Source: Polynucleobacter meluiroseus (lineage in GTDB: Bacteria > Pseudomonadota > Gammaproteobacteria > Burkholderiales > Burkholderiaceae). Taken from it: DNA of 64,000 bases. A program made the position numbers and the translations under genes. Location of the stretch: positions 4,465 through 68,464 of the forward strand of contig CAMEXM010000001.1 in the NCBI GenBank assembly GCA_945947155.1, read 5' to 3'. Shown piece after piece: positions 50,160 through 60,833 of this stretch. A model generated the notes under the pieces. That model saw only the letters and a program-made list of their open reading frames with translations. It made no database searches and was not told the DNA's origin. Numbering within the stretch: position 1 is the first letter of the stretch; each line of letters begins with the position of its first letter.

Positions 50160-51158
50160 CTAAACAACCCCTGCTCCATGGGCTTGCTGGTCGGCATGGT
50201 AGCTTGAGCGCACCATCGCGCCGACTGCTGCATGGGTAAAGCCCATGGCATATGCTTCGCGCGCGAACTCCTTAAATACGTCCGGATGAACATAACGCTG
50301 CACTGGTAAATGGTGGCCAGAGGGCGCCAAGTACTGGCCAATTGTCAGCATGTCGATGTTGTGCGCACGCATATCACGCATCACCTCCAGAATTTCTTCA
50401 TCGGTTTCGCCCAGGCCCACCATGAGACCACTCTTGGTTGGAATCGAGGGAAAGCGTTCCTTAAAATCCTTGAGTAACAACAGGGAGTGGGCATAATCGG
50501 CGCCAGGCCTAGCTTGCTTGTAAAGCCGGGGGACCGTTTCTAGATTATGGTTCATCACGTCGGGCAAGCCCATCGCGACGTTTGCAGAAAACACATCCAA
50601 TGCTTTTTCTAAACGACCTCGAAAATCAGGAACTAATACTTCGATGCGTGTTTTGGGCGACAAGCCACGTGCTTGCGATATGCAATCCACAAAATGCTGC
50701 GCGCCGCCATCACGCAAATCATCGCGATCGACACTGGTGATCACCACGTAATTTAATTTAAGGGCGGCAACCGTACGCGCTAAATTATGTGGCTCATTGG
50801 TATCGAGGGGATCGGGGCGTCCATGGCCTACATCGCAAAAGGGGCAGCGGCGGGTGCACTTATCGCCCATGATCATGAATGTAGCGGTGCCGCTTCCAAA
50901 ACACTCGCCGATATTGGGGCAACTGGCCTCTTCGCATACCGTTACTAATTCATTCTCGCGGAGGATTTTTTTGATTTCAGCAAAGCGGGAATTATTCGAG
51001 GCTGCCTTGACCCGAATCCAATCGGGTTTTTTTAGTACTTGCTCAAGCGGCACAATCTTGATCGGAATGCGTGCCGTCTTTTCAGCCGACTTTTGCTTTC
51101 GCAGCGGATCGTACTCTGGGGCGGATTGCACCTCAATACTGGATTTATCTACTGTCAT
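50160..51158 (-). CDS. lipA: Lipoyl synthase (radical SAM)
   Basis: [12 protein letters not shown] auxiliary cluster and the CTRRCPFC radical-SAM motif. Confidence 0.97.
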   Translation of the reverse strand: MTVDKSSIEVQSAPEYDPLRKQKSAEKTARIPIKIVPLEQVLKKPDWIRVKAASNNSRFAEIKKILRENELVTVCEEASCPNIGECFGSGTATFMIMGDKCTRRCPFCDVGHGRPDPLDTNEPHNLARTVAALKLNYVVITSVDRDDLRDGGAQHFVDCISQARGLSPKTRIEVLVPDFRGRLEKALDVFSANVAMGLPDVMNHNLETVPRLYKQARPGADYAHSLLLLKDFKERFPSIPTKSGLMVGLGETDEEILEVMRDMRAHNIDMLTIGQYLAPSGHHLPVQRYVHPDVFKEFAREAYAMGFTHAAVGAMVRSSYHADQQAHGAGVV

Positions 51159-51180
51159 GGTTTCCTATATGCACTGCACA

Positions 51181-51828
51181 TCACGCAATTGGAGTTAACT
51201 GCTGTCGCAGCTGACCAACCAGGCGCTGACCGATTGATGCCATATTGTCTTCGATCCCCAATGTTCTCATATCTACCGTACGTAATCCCGCATAACCACA
51301 AGGGTGGATTTGCTCGAAAGCCGCCAAATCCATATTCACATTGAGGGCAAGGCCATGGTAAGAACAATGCCTCGTTACTTTTAAGCCCAATGCTGCAATC
51401 TTAGCGCCATGCCACTCGGATTCACCCTGAAACGAAGGCGCAATATAGATCCCAGGGGCTCCAGCCTCGCGAACTGCTGGCAATCCATACTCTGCCAAGG
51501 TATCCATGACCGCCTGCTCAATCCGATAAACGAACTCTTTGACATGCAAGCCATACCGGCGAAGGTCTAACAATAAATAAACGACGAGCTGTCCAGGGCC
51601 ATGATAGGTAATCTGCCCGCCCCGATCGACCTGCACCAAGGGAATGGAGCCGTCGTCAGTGTGCAAGTTGGCAGGATCACCAGCCAGCCCCAATGTAAAA
51701 ACGGGGGGGTGCTCTAGGACCCAGATTTCATCTGGCGTTGATGCAGTGCGCTCTTTTGTAAATAAACGCATGGCTTCATACGTTGTTACATAATCCACTA
51801 CGCCAAGCTGCTGAATGGCTATGATCAT
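51181..51828 (-). CDS. lipB: Octanoyltransferase
   Basis: [22 protein letters not shown] and PCG catalytic Cys motifs. Confidence 0.96.
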   Translation of the reverse strand: MIIAIQQLGVVDYVTTYEAMRLFTKERTASTPDEIWVLEHPPVFTLGLAGDPANLHTDDGSIPLVQVDRGGQITYHGPGQLVVYLLLDLRRYGLHVKEFVYRIEQAVMDTLAEYGLPAVREAGAPGIYIAPSFQGESEWHGAKIAALGLKVTRHCSYHGLALNVNMDLAAFEQIHPCGYAGLRTVDMRTLGIEDNMASIGQRLVGQLRQQLTPIA

Positions 51829-51838
51829 GCCATCTCAA

Positions 51839-52102
51839 CTAGAGAACAATGCTAACGAGGGGGTGGGTTGATAAGGTGCGATAGAGCTCATCGAGTTGCT
51901 CGCGGCTGGTTGCATTGATGCTGAGCGTCAACCCCATGTATTTACCATTTTGAGACGGCCGTTGCTCCACCGTTCGCTCATCAAAAATGGGATCAAACTG
52001 TTTGGCGATATGCACCATGGCCGGTAAAAATTCAGGGGCATCTTTTCCCATGACCTTAATCGGAAAAATAGAGGGGTATTCAATCAGTGATTTTTCTTCC
52101 AT
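51839..52102 (-). CDS. ybeD: YbeD/DUF493 family protein
   Basis: YPSIFPIKVMG motif. Canonical position upstream of lipB. ATG 52102 is preferred. Confidence 0.85.
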   Translation of the reverse strand: MEEKSLIEYPSIFPIKVMGKDAPEFLPAMVHIAKQFDPIFDERTVEQRPSQNGKYMGLTLSINATSREQLDELYRTLSTHPLVSIVL

Positions 52103-52107
52103 GGTCC

Positions 52108-52827
52108 TTACCCTTGGTGTGGCCAAGCTGGCTGTCCTAGCCACTCACCCAAAATAATATTCCGAATGCAATGCAATTTACGGTGAAAAAAATGGTCTGC
52201 ACCCGGCACCACTTGAACAGTTAGCTCTTGTGGCCTAGCCCAATCAAATACGCTCGACAAAGGAATAGTCTCGTCCAGCTCACCATGTATCAATACCGTA
52301 TCTTTGGGCACATCCAATAATTCCCATTTACCTGCAGCACTACCCACCATGACAAAGCGTTCTGCAGGAAGGCTTAAATCGGCCAGGGCCTTTATCAAAT
52401 GGCTGCCGACAAAACTACCAAACGAGAAGCCTGCAACCACGAGCGGCAAGGTTACAACGAAATTAGTCCAAATGTACTGTTCAGTTAATTCATTATTCAT
52501 CCAGGTATGCGGATGACGCATCCACTCCGATACATGCAGCAAGTCAGCCAGTTCGCCAACACCCTCATCATGAATGCCGGCCGTACCGCCAACGCCCCGA
52601 AAGTTCGGACGCACACTGACGTAGCCCAATTGATTAAATGCCCGAGCAATCGTTTGTGCAACCTTGTTATCCATTGTTCCACCCAGCAGGGGATGCGGAT
52701 GGGCAACCAAGGCCAGGCCACGAACCATATAACTGGGATCGCTTTTGAGTAGATCGGGCAAGTCAATTGCCATTTCAATTGGGCCAACGATGCCATCAAT
52801 TGAAATCACTTGGGTACGGCTATTCAT
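52108..52827 (-). CDS. Alpha/beta-fold hydrolase
   Basis: Nucleophile elbow GFSFGS, oxyanion HPHPLLGG, and C-terminal GADHFF. Confidence 0.75.
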   Translation of the reverse strand: MNSRTQVISIDGIVGPIEMAIDLPDLLKSDPSYMVRGLALVAHPHPLLGGTMDNKVAQTIARAFNQLGYVSVRPNFRGVGGTAGIHDEGVGELADLLHVSEWMRHPHTWMNNELTEQYIWTNFVVTLPLVVAGFSFGSFVGSHLIKALADLSLPAERFVMVGSAAGKWELLDVPKDTVLIHGELDETIPLSSVFDWARPQELTVQVVPGADHFFHRKLHCIRNIILGEWLGQPAWPHQG

Positions 52828-52854
52828 GCGCGCGTCTTTTTAAAGGAAGAAGAA

Positions 52855-53163
52855 TTAAACAGCTAGCAAACGTTCAACGGTCTTACCTTCAAGCAAATGG
52901 GATTGAATAATCTCTTCAATATCATCGGTATCAATAAAGGTATACCACGTACCCTCGGGATAAATCACCATCACAGGTCCGAGATTGCATGCATCAAGGC
53001 AACCTGCTTTATTGACCCGAATTTTGCCTGCGCCAGAAAGTCCCAGCTCTTTAATGCGATTTTTGGCATAGGTGAATAACTCAAATGCGTTGTGCTGGGC
53101 GCAGCAATTCTCGCCATTGCTACGTTCATTGAGACAAAAGAAGAGGTGGTGTTTAAATGGCAT
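52855..53163 (-). CDS. Thioredoxin-like [2Fe-2S] ferredoxin
   Basis: 102 aa with Cys ligand pattern FFC...CC...CLDAC and GPVMVIYPEGTWY. Confidence 0.85.
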   Translation of the reverse strand: MPFKHHLFFCLNERSNGENCCAQHNAFELFTYAKNRIKELGLSGAGKIRVNKAGCLDACNLGPVMVIYPEGTWYTFIDTDDIEEIIQSHLLEGKTVERLLAV

Positions 53164-53170
53164 ATAAAAA

Positions 53171-54280
53171 TTATATCGGTCGTTTCGTTATTCGGGTAGC
53201 GAACTGATTTTGTAACACCCAAGCCATTGCAAATGGAAGCCAAATGAATGAGGCCCATTTCATTAGATCATTGAAGTGAAGTAAGCGGCCCTGAAACCAT
53301 GCCTGTAGAGTCAAGGCAAAATATGGATTGTCTGGAAACAAGTTAACCAGTGCAAGCATAGCCGCCAAACAGCTAAGGCCGATCCATAAGCGATAACTAC
53401 TGCCCAAGCGCATTGCCCAAAGCAATAAAGTACTCCCAACCAGCATGCCCCAAACGGCGCCCGTAGTCAGCCAAGCCAAGCTAAATTCTCCGCCAAACTG
53501 CAAACCCGTGAAGAGGCTCTTTATCAACACCGAAGCGCCGAGCAAACTCATCAGCAGTCGCCATTGTGGGGCTTTTGCTCGCATTCCAAGGGAGAGGATC
53601 AGCCCAACCCCAAGCCAGCAGCTAGAGGTAATCAGGCCCTCGCGTACCGTCTGATTCATGACTAGGGTTCCCCAATCTGCTGCGCCAATGAGTTGTCGCC
53701 ATGCCCCCATACCAAGCCATGCGCTTTGGGGGTAAATTTGCGCCCACGGAAACATAATGAATAAAGTTGCCGCGCCCCAGTTCAGCCCAAACCACACATC
53801 AAATTGCCGCCGTAGGGCGCTGCCAGTTAGCCATTGGGGTCCCAGCGGTACCGCCAATAAAGCGCCGATAAAACCGCCCAACACATTGGCCCACCAGTCG
53901 GTTTGACTGGGGATTCGGGTTGGTAGCCAGGTTTGTAAACTTTCCACACTCGCGGCAAGTAGCGCGCAGCAAACCATTGCAATCGATAAAGCGATGAAGT
54001 GCCGCCAGCGCGGGAAGACGACGCATACCAACAAAAATCCCAAGGGGATATATGCCAATACATTAGTCACAACATCAAATAAGGGAATAAAGCGCGGCAA
54101 AGGGGCTGAAATCCAAGCGGTCCCCTTAACCCCATTTTGAAAATAAAAATCAAATGGATTGAGGCTGGTGTAAATGATCAACAAACCATAGATTAAGGCC
54201 ATGGCTCGCGCCAGCGGCATGGCTTGCAATGGCCATGCCAATTTACGCGGACGGGGGTTTTGCCCTGATTCTGGTGACAT
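53171..54280 (-). CDS. VanZ-like polytopic membrane protein
   Basis: About 10 predicted TM helices. The N-terminal part resembles the VanZ family (NPFDF...DVVTNVLAYIPLGF). Function unknown. Confidence 0.6.
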   Translation of the reverse strand: MSPESGQNPRPRKLAWPLQAMPLARAMALIYGLLIIYTSLNPFDFYFQNGVKGTAWISAPLPRFIPLFDVVTNVLAYIPLGFLLVCVVFPRWRHFIALSIAMVCCALLAASVESLQTWLPTRIPSQTDWWANVLGGFIGALLAVPLGPQWLTGSALRRQFDVWFGLNWGAATLFIMFPWAQIYPQSAWLGMGAWRQLIGAADWGTLVMNQTVREGLITSSCWLGVGLILSLGMRAKAPQWRLLMSLLGASVLIKSLFTGLQFGGEFSLAWLTTGAVWGMLVGSTLLLWAMRLGSSYRLWIGLSCLAAMLALVNLFPDNPYFALTLQAWFQGRLLHFNDLMKWASFIWLPFAMAWVLQNQFATRITKRPI

Positions 54281-54317
54281 CCTGCAATTTTAGGTCAGAC
54301 CTTTCTACAATAGTGAA

Positions 54318-55118
54318 ATGAACGGAAACTGCATCCTCGAGCGCGTTGCTGAAACGCGGTCAACCAATGATGACCTCATGGCGCGCTGGCGTGCTGGTAC
54401 GCTGATCGATCCGATTGCCCGCCTGAGCAAAAAACAGACCCACGGCAAAGGACGTGCTGGCAGAACCTGGTATGCCAATGCCGAGGACTCGCTGTCTTTT
54501 TCCTTAGCATTTCCTTTTCAAAAAAGCCCTGCTGCATTAAGTGGTCTTAGCTTAGTTGCAGGTTTGGCGGTCATTGAAGGTATCTGCAGCGCACTGAATA
54601 CAAGTGAATGCATTTTGTATCAGCAAGGACTGCGACTGAAATGGCCCAACGACATCGTGATCGGTCATGCAAAGGTTGGCGGTATCTTGATTGAGGGTGG
54701 ACAAACTGCTCCAGCTGAGCCGAGTTGGATGATTATTGGAGTGGGGCTTAATGTGAGCTCCCATATCGGCGACGCCGCCGAATTAAAGGCCATTCGCTCC
54801 GGCCCCATTGGCGCGCTAGACCAGCTGCTAATGCAAGGTCAGGCGCTCCCCGACCATGACTACATTTGGCTTAATTTAGTAGATGCGTTTGTACGTCTAT
54901 GCGCTGATTTTGATGGGCGTGGTTTTGATCCGTTTATGCAGCAGTGGTCTGATTGGGATGCCTATCAAGGAGAGCCAGTCTTTACAAGCGTACTCGGAGA
55001 GAAAAACATTGAAGGCTTAGCATCAGGTATTGACCATACCGGGGCATATCAAATTCAGACCGATCATGCGCTGGTTGCAGTCCATGCAGGTGATGTATCG
55101 CTGCGCAGGCAAGTATGA
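54318..55118 (+). CDS. birA: Biotin-[acetyl-CoA-carboxylase] ligase (group I, no HTH domain)
   Basis: Biotin-binding loop GKGRAGRTW and KWPNDI. Confidence 0.92.
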   Translation: MNGNCILERVAETRSTNDDLMARWRAGTLIDPIARLSKKQTHGKGRAGRTWYANAEDSLSFSLAFPFQKSPAALSGLSLVAGLAVIEGICSALNTSECILYQQGLRLKWPNDIVIGHAKVGGILIEGGQTAPAEPSWMIIGVGLNVSSHIGDAAELKAIRSGPIGALDQLLMQGQALPDHDYIWLNLVDAFVRLCADFDGRGFDPFMQQWSDWDAYQGEPVFTSVLGEKNIEGLASGIDHTGAYQIQTDHALVAVHAGDVSLRRQV

Positions 55119-55930
55119 GCTTATATCTCTTATTTGATGTTGGTAATACCCGCCTGAAATGGGCAGCAGTCGAGTCACATCAAAATCCAATTGACCGCAA
55201 TAAAAAACTTTGGCTTTACTCCGGGGCAATCGATACCCAGTTACTGCTTTCCCCAGAGCACTGCGCTGAGTTGGCGCATTACATTTTGCAAACGATCCCA
55301 AAGCCAGATGCGATTGGCTTATGCTGCGTTGCTGCGGAGGAATGTGCCATTAACCTCAAGCAGTTGTTTGCGCAGTGGCAGGATGTGGCCTGGTTTCGCT
55401 TGCGCGGGAACTCCCCTGTTGAGGGTCTGCGCTCACGCTATACAGAACCCGACCAACTCGGCGCCGATCGGTGGGCCGGGCTGATTGCAGGACGTACCTT
55501 ATCGAGCGGCAATAGCATCATTGTTAATGCTGGCACCGCCACTACGATTGATTTTCTGGGTGCCAATGGCATTCACCACGGCGGCTGGATTATTCCTGGC
55601 TTAGGCTTAATGCAATCGAGCTTGGAATTGAATACCGCAAGGCTTCCAGCCACCAGCGAAGCGGAACGGGTTGATGGCTTTGGAGTATCGACGGACGCCG
55701 CAATTTATAAGGGTTGCCTTGCAGCCCAGGTGGGGGTAATTCATGAAGCATTACAACTGGCGAACGAAATGCATCAACCGGTTGATCGCATTTGGATTGA
55801 TGGTGGAAATGCAAAAAACATCGCTGCCGAATTAAAGCAGCATAGTTTCTCTAGTTTCATTTCGATTGAGGCCATCAATGGCCTTGTGCTGCGCGGACTT
55901 TGGTCTTGGATTCGCCAAGAATTACGCTAA
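55115..55930 (+). CDS. coaX: Type III pantothenate kinase
   Basis: LLFDVGNTRLKWA and VNAGTATTIDF (ASKHA fold). 4-nt overlap with birA, a conserved pairing. Confidence 0.93.
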   Translation: MSLYLLFDVGNTRLKWAAVESHQNPIDRNKKLWLYSGAIDTQLLLSPEHCAELAHYILQTIPKPDAIGLCCVAAEECAINLKQLFAQWQDVAWFRLRGNSPVEGLRSRYTEPDQLGADRWAGLIAGRTLSSGNSIIVNAGTATTIDFLGANGIHHGGWIIPGLGLMQSSLELNTARLPATSEAERVDGFGVSTDAAIYKGCLAAQVGVIHEALQLANEMHQPVDRIWIDGGNAKNIAAELKQHSFSSFISIEAINGLVLRGLWSWIRQELR

Positions 55931-55931
55931 C

Positions 55932-56423
55932 TCATTCACTGCGAATGCGCCCAAGCAGGCTTGTGGTGGAGCGCTCATAAATAAATGGAATGGCCATCGC
56001 ACTTCCACCCCAACTTTTAACCAGCCGAGTTTCCTCTAGCGTATCGATTGCGTAATCGCCACCCTTGATATAGATATCAGGTCGCACGCGCTCGAGTAAG
56101 GCGATTGGGGTTTTTTCTGAAAATAGCACCACCAAGTCAACACTAGCCAACGCTGCTAACATGGCCTGTCGATCGGCCTCAGTATTGATCGGCCGATCAT
56201 CACCCTTGCCCAGCATTTTGACTGAGGCATCGGTATTCACGCCAACCACCAAACTGCCGCCGAGATTACGTGCTTGATCTAAATAACTGGCATGGCCCCG
56301 ATGCAAGATATCAAAGACGCCATTCGTAAACACGATCGGGCGGGCAAGCTTAGCTAGCGCCGCCGGCAGGTCATCTGCCTGGCATATTTTTGACTCAAAA
56401 GTGGGTTTGCTTGGAATGGTCAT
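55932..56423 (-). CDS. D-glycero-beta-D-manno-heptose-1-phosphate adenylyltransferase (stand-alone RfaE/HldE domain II)
   Basis: Cytidylyltransferase motif FTNGVFDILHRGHASYL. 163 aa. Confidence 0.9.
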   Translation of the reverse strand: MTIPSKPTFESKICQADDLPAALAKLARPIVFTNGVFDILHRGHASYLDQARNLGGSLVVGVNTDASVKMLGKGDDRPINTEADRQAMLAALASVDLVVLFSEKTPIALLERVRPDIYIKGGDYAIDTLEETRLVKSWGGSAMAIPFIYERSTTSLLGRIRSE

Positions 56424-56440
56424 TTCAATCGATCGTCTAC

Positions 56441-58024
56441 TTAAATGGTTTCAATATTTTTTAGTAAGACTACAGCATGTTGCTGAATCTGTTTTTTCTC
56501 GGCATCGTTGATCCGCTTTAAGTTTGCAGTCATCAAACGAGTGCGTGGATTTTTTTCAAACTCAGACTGGTGATTCATTAAAAAATTCCAATACAAGGTG
56601 GTGAATGGACATGCATTCTCACCCACACGCACATCTGGCTTATATGGGCAATGGCTACAGTAATTACTCATGCGTTTAATGTAGGCACCACTGGAAATAT
56701 ACGGTTTACTGGTGAAGCGCCCGCCATTGGCAAATAGAGCCATACCAGCGACGTTTGGTAATTCAGCCCACTCTACGGCATCCACATAGACTGCCAAAAA
56801 CCAGCTGCTTACCGCCTGAGGGGAAAGACCGGCTAAGAGGGAAAAGTTTCCCATCACCATCAGTCGCTGGATGTGATGGGCATAGCCGTACTCGATTGTT
56901 TGTCCGACTACGTCAGCCATGCACGCCATTTTGGTTTTGCCGGTCCAATACCATGCTGGCAACTCCCGTTTATAGCCAAAGTAATTAGCAGTTCCCATCT
57001 TGGGCATATCAAGCCAATAGACCCCGCGAATAAATTCACGCCAACCCAGAATTTGCCGAATCATGCCTTCAGCGGCCTCGAGACTAGCATCGCCTGCTCG
57101 CCACGCAGCTTCTACCCGCCCAATGACCTCGCGTGGATTAAGTAACTTTAAATTCAGGCTTGAGGATAGGAGTGAGTGCCAGCCAAACGGGGTATCGGTC
57201 CACATCGCATCTTCGTATTGACCAAAATGCACTAGTCGGGCATCAATGAAACGGTCCAATGCCAACAAGGCTTGCTGACGCGTGACTGGCCATAAAAAAT
57301 GCTGGAGGCTGCCAGGGTGCTCTTTAAACCGTTCCTCCACCAAGGCAAGCACATCCTTCGTAATGGCGTCCGGCTCAAAAAACTCCGGAGGATCAATTAA
57401 ACCCGGTCCCTTTTTGGGGTAACTCGAGCGGTTTGCGGCATCGTAATTCCATTGGCCGCCCTCCGGCTCGCCTGCCTTATCCAGCAGAACGCCGTGCTTT
57501 TTTCGCATCTGGCGGTAAAAAAACTCCATGCGCAATTCTTTCTTTGCCCCCGCCCACACCTTGAATTCCTCTAAATCGCACAAAAAATGCGTATCGCTTG
57601 TAATCTGCAAGGGGGTGTCCATCGCGGTACATGCTGCTGTAATGTCGCCCCATACGCGCCATTCGCCGGGCTCTACGCAATGGACTGAGGCTGGCTTGAA
57701 CTGCTTGATGGTTTCTTTTAGAGCATCCCCCAGCGCGCTAGCAGGATTGTCTTCCATGGATTGATAGTGAACGCGCGCACCCGACTTCCGTAAGGCAGCA
57801 GCAAAATGGCGCATTGCGGATAAAAATAGGGCAATTCGTGCCTTGTGGCTCCAAACCCAGGCGGCCTCTCCAGCAGACTCAATCATCAATACCGCATCCA
57901 GCTGCCAATCGGCGTTCTGCAGAACTGGGCTATCTAGGTTCAGTTGATCACCCAAAACCAAGATGAGATTACGGGTCGTTTGATTACCCTTTGCGCTTTT
58001 TGCCGTTGGGGAATTTTTGCTCAT
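56441..58024 (-). CDS. FeS-cluster bacterial cryptochrome/photolyase family protein (CryB/PhrB-like, probable (6-4) photolyase)
   Basis: 527 aa of the COG3046-type 'photolyase-related' family. The four Cys are spaced C-x87-C-x2-C-x12-C (ACMAD...NYCSHCPYKPDVRVGENACPF). This equals the spacing I recall for the A. tumefaciens PhrB [4Fe-4S] ligands (C350/C438/C441/C454). Confidence 0.85.
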   Translation of the reverse strand: MSKNSPTAKSAKGNQTTRNLILVLGDQLNLDSPVLQNADWQLDAVLMIESAGEAAWVWSHKARIALFLSAMRHFAAALRKSGARVHYQSMEDNPASALGDALKETIKQFKPASVHCVEPGEWRVWGDITAACTAMDTPLQITSDTHFLCDLEEFKVWAGAKKELRMEFFYRQMRKKHGVLLDKAGEPEGGQWNYDAANRSSYPKKGPGLIDPPEFFEPDAITKDVLALVEERFKEHPGSLQHFLWPVTRQQALLALDRFIDARLVHFGQYEDAMWTDTPFGWHSLLSSSLNLKLLNPREVIGRVEAAWRAGDASLEAAEGMIRQILGWREFIRGVYWLDMPKMGTANYFGYKRELPAWYWTGKTKMACMADVVGQTIEYGYAHHIQRLMVMGNFSLLAGLSPQAVSSWFLAVYVDAVEWAELPNVAGMALFANGGRFTSKPYISSGAYIKRMSNYCSHCPYKPDVRVGENACPFTTLYWNFLMNHQSEFEKNPRTRLMTANLKRINDAEKKQIQQHAVVLLKNIETI

Positions 58025-58085
58025 AAAACATTTTAACTGGAATGACTTAGACTGGAGTCCTGTTCTTTTTTTGCTTGATGAATTT

Positions 58086-58655
58086 ATGCGGCATTTCTTC
58101 GTTTTAGCAGCCTGTTGGCTGGGGCTCTCTTTGAGTAGCCCGGCATTTGCTCAGACTGCAGCTCCCACCTGTAGCCCACTCCTTTCGCACACGTTTTTGC
58201 GTTTGCAAGACGAGGTGCCCCAAAATTTATGCCAGTACCAAGGTAAGGTGATTTTGGTCGTGAATACGGCGAGTTACTGTGGCTTTACTGGGCAATACGA
58301 CGACCTTGAAAAGATTTATTCCAAATATCAACAAAAGGGCTTTGTTGTTTTAGGTTTTCCATCGAATGATTTCGGCCAACAAGAGCCTGGCACGAATAAG
58401 CAAATTGCTGATTTTTGTAAAAACACCTATGACGTCAAGTTCCCCATGTTTGCGAAAACAAATGTCTCTGGTAAAAATCCGAATCCCTTATTCAAGACTC
58501 TGATTGAAAAAACGGGCACAAGCCCTAAGTGGAATTTTTACAAATACCTGATCGATCGCAATGGTAATGTGATTGAAGCGTATGGCAGCCTCTCTAATCC
58601 CAGCGGTAAAACCATAACATCCCAAATTGAGAAGTTACTGCAAGGGAAGCAGTAA
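58086..58655 (+). CDS. Glutathione peroxidase (Cys type), secreted
   Basis: Signal peptide, NTASYCGFT, FPSNDFGQQEPG and KWNFYKYLI motifs. ATG 58086 is preferred over 58017, which overlaps the photolyase gene. Confidence 0.92.
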   Translation: MRHFFVLAACWLGLSLSSPAFAQTAAPTCSPLLSHTFLRLQDEVPQNLCQYQGKVILVVNTASYCGFTGQYDDLEKIYSKYQQKGFVVLGFPSNDFGQQEPGTNKQIADFCKNTYDVKFPMFAKTNVSGKNPNPLFKTLIEKTGTSPKWNFYKYLIDRNGNVIEAYGSLSNPSGKTITSQIEKLLQGKQ

Positions 58656-60049
58656 TGGCCAAAAAACGCATTGCAATTATTGGTGCCGGCATATCTGGCC
58701 TAGGCTGTGCTTACCGCCTGCGTCAGCATCCCGATTTCGATATCACGATCTACGAGTCAGGCAAGCACATTGGCGGTCACAGCAATACCGTTGATATCAC
58801 CATTGACACGCCCAGCGGGCCAATTCAGCACGGTGTTGATACTGGTTTCTTGGTCTTTAATCACCGCACCTACCCACGCCTTGTTCGTCTATTTGAAGAG
58901 CTGGCTGTCCCCATTTTTCCCTCGGAGATGTCATTTTCTGTGAAGCTCGAATCGACTCCGTCGCTGGAGTGGGCTGGAAATGATCTCAATTCTTTCTTTG
59001 GTCAACGGCGCAATTTATTCCGCCCTTCTTTTTGGAACATGGCGCGTGACATCATGCGCTTTAATGCGCTGGCTACTGCCCTGGCCTTAAGTCAAGAATC
59101 AAACGATACGGGCCTAAGCAAATCATCAACCCCAGAAGAAAGCATTGCCGTTTTTCTGGATCGCCATGCCTTCGGTAAGCCTTTTCGAGATTGGTATTTT
59201 TTGCCTATGATTGGTGCGATTTGGTCATGCTCTGTCGCTCAAATGCTGGAGTTTCCGATTCAAACCATGGCGCGTTTTTGCCATAACCATGGCCTCTTAA
59301 AAATACAAGATCGGCCACAATGGCTTACGGTGCGTGGCGGTTCGCGCGAATACGTGAAACGCTTAGTTAATGCCCTTGATCAGCACGGCGTGCACTGGGT
59401 GCGCGAAGCGGTGACGTCAATTAATATCCCCACTAATAGCAAACATCATGCAATTGAGGTCATTAGTGCCAGTGGTACTGCGCAGTTTGATGAGATTGTG
59501 ATGGCCTGCCATAGCGATCAAAGCCTTCAACTGCTGCGTGGTATTGATTCATCGAGTCAGTCCATTCTGAGCGCAATTCCCTATCAGGCTAATCGGGCCA
59601 TCTTGCATACCGACGCCTCTTTTTTGCCAGAGCGTAAGCGCTGCTGGGCTGCCTGGAATTACACTGCGCAAGCGAAGAATGCGGGCGTGACTGAGGATAC
59701 GGTTAGTGTCAGTTATCTGATCAATCTCCTTCAGCCCCTTCCCCCAGCACTTAAAGACATTCCCGTTATCGTCACCCTCAATCCACTGCGTGAACCCGAC
59801 CCAAATAAAGTATTCCAGGAGATTCGGTATGCGCACCCTGTATTTGATATGCGCGCTACCAATGCACAAGCGGGCTTACCCCTTATTCAGGGCAAGTCAG
59901 CGGTTTGGTATTGCGGAGCTTGGACTGGGTTTGGTTTTCATGAGGATGGTTTGCGCTCTGGGGAGACGGTTGCCGAAGCGATTCTAGAACGCAGCAAACA
60001 GTCCATTGGCTTCGGTACTTCTGCAGCAGAGGTCCATGTTGCCAACTGA
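58655..60049 (+). CDS. FAD-dependent oxidoreductase, amine-oxidase/phytoene-desaturase-like (COG2907 type)
   Basis: N-terminal dinucleotide fold RIAIIGAGISGLGCAY. 464 aa. Confidence 0.85.
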   Translation: MAKKRIAIIGAGISGLGCAYRLRQHPDFDITIYESGKHIGGHSNTVDITIDTPSGPIQHGVDTGFLVFNHRTYPRLVRLFEELAVPIFPSEMSFSVKLESTPSLEWAGNDLNSFFGQRRNLFRPSFWNMARDIMRFNALATALALSQESNDTGLSKSSTPEESIAVFLDRHAFGKPFRDWYFLPMIGAIWSCSVAQMLEFPIQTMARFCHNHGLLKIQDRPQWLTVRGGSREYVKRLVNALDQHGVHWVREAVTSINIPTNSKHHAIEVISASGTAQFDEIVMACHSDQSLQLLRGIDSSSQSILSAIPYQANRAILHTDASFLPERKRCWAAWNYTAQAKNAGVTEDTVSVSYLINLLQPLPPALKDIPVIVTLNPLREPDPNKVFQEIRYAHPVFDMRATNAQAGLPLIQGKSAVWYCGAWTGFGFHEDGLRSGETVAEAILERSKQSIGFGTSAAEVHVAN

Positions 60050-60833
60050 TTTAACGCCGAAACTCAATTTCGGAGTTGTACAACACCGCCGCTTTCGTCC
60101 TGCAAAGAATGCATTCGCGTATTCGGTATTTACGATTAGCATTCCCATGCGAGAGCGTAAACGTAACCCACTATTGCTGAGTCAGCATGGTCTGGGTGAC
60201 AATCGATTTCGCTTCTTTTCTTTTTTTGATAAAGACCATGGCCGTGGTGATGTAGATAGCCTAGCTTGGGCCGAACAAATCTTAGACTCGTATGGCATTG
60301 CACATCCCGATGGCGAAATCTGGTTACAAACCTTTCCACGAGTCTTGGCATATGTTTTTAATCCCGTGAGTTTTTGGATTTGTAGCAAACCAAACGGGCA
60401 AGTACGTGCTGTCATTGCGGAAGTAAACAATACCTTTGGCGAGCGTCACTGCTACTTGTTGAGTAAAGATTCCGATGAGCCACTGCGCTCTGGAGAAACC
60501 CTTACAACAAACAAGGTCTTTCATGTATCCCCCTTTTGCGATGTCAGCGGCGAATACCGCTTTCGCTTCCTTTTTCCCCAAGAAAGCCAATCTGGTCGGA
60601 ATACCGTGAACCGCATTGAGCTGCATGAGGATGGAGAGGCCTTGATTCACACCAGCATTAGCGGTGAAGCACGCCCATTAACGCGCGCCTCCCTGTATTT
60701 GTCGATAGTGCGATATTCTCTTATGAGCATTGGGGTGATCGGACGGATTCATTGGCAAGCACTAAAGCTTTGGGCCAAAGGCGTCCCGTTTCACTCCAAA
60801 CCCAAACCGCCCGACTTTGAAGTTAGTAGATGA
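60036..60833 (+). CDS. DUF1365-family protein
   Basis: VVQHRRFRPAKNAFAYSVF is a typical DUF1365 N-terminus. It overlaps the upstream gene by 14 nt and the downstream gene by 4 nt. Confidence 0.8.
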   Translation: MLPTDLTPKLNFGVVQHRRFRPAKNAFAYSVFTISIPMRERKRNPLLLSQHGLGDNRFRFFSFFDKDHGRGDVDSLAWAEQILDSYGIAHPDGEIWLQTFPRVLAYVFNPVSFWICSKPNGQVRAVIAEVNNTFGERHCYLLSKDSDEPLRSGETLTTNKVFHVSPFCDVSGEYRFRFLFPQESQSGRNTVNRIELHEDGEALIHTSISGEARPLTRASLYLSIVRYSLMSIGVIGRIHWQALKLWAKGVPFHSKPKPPDFEVSR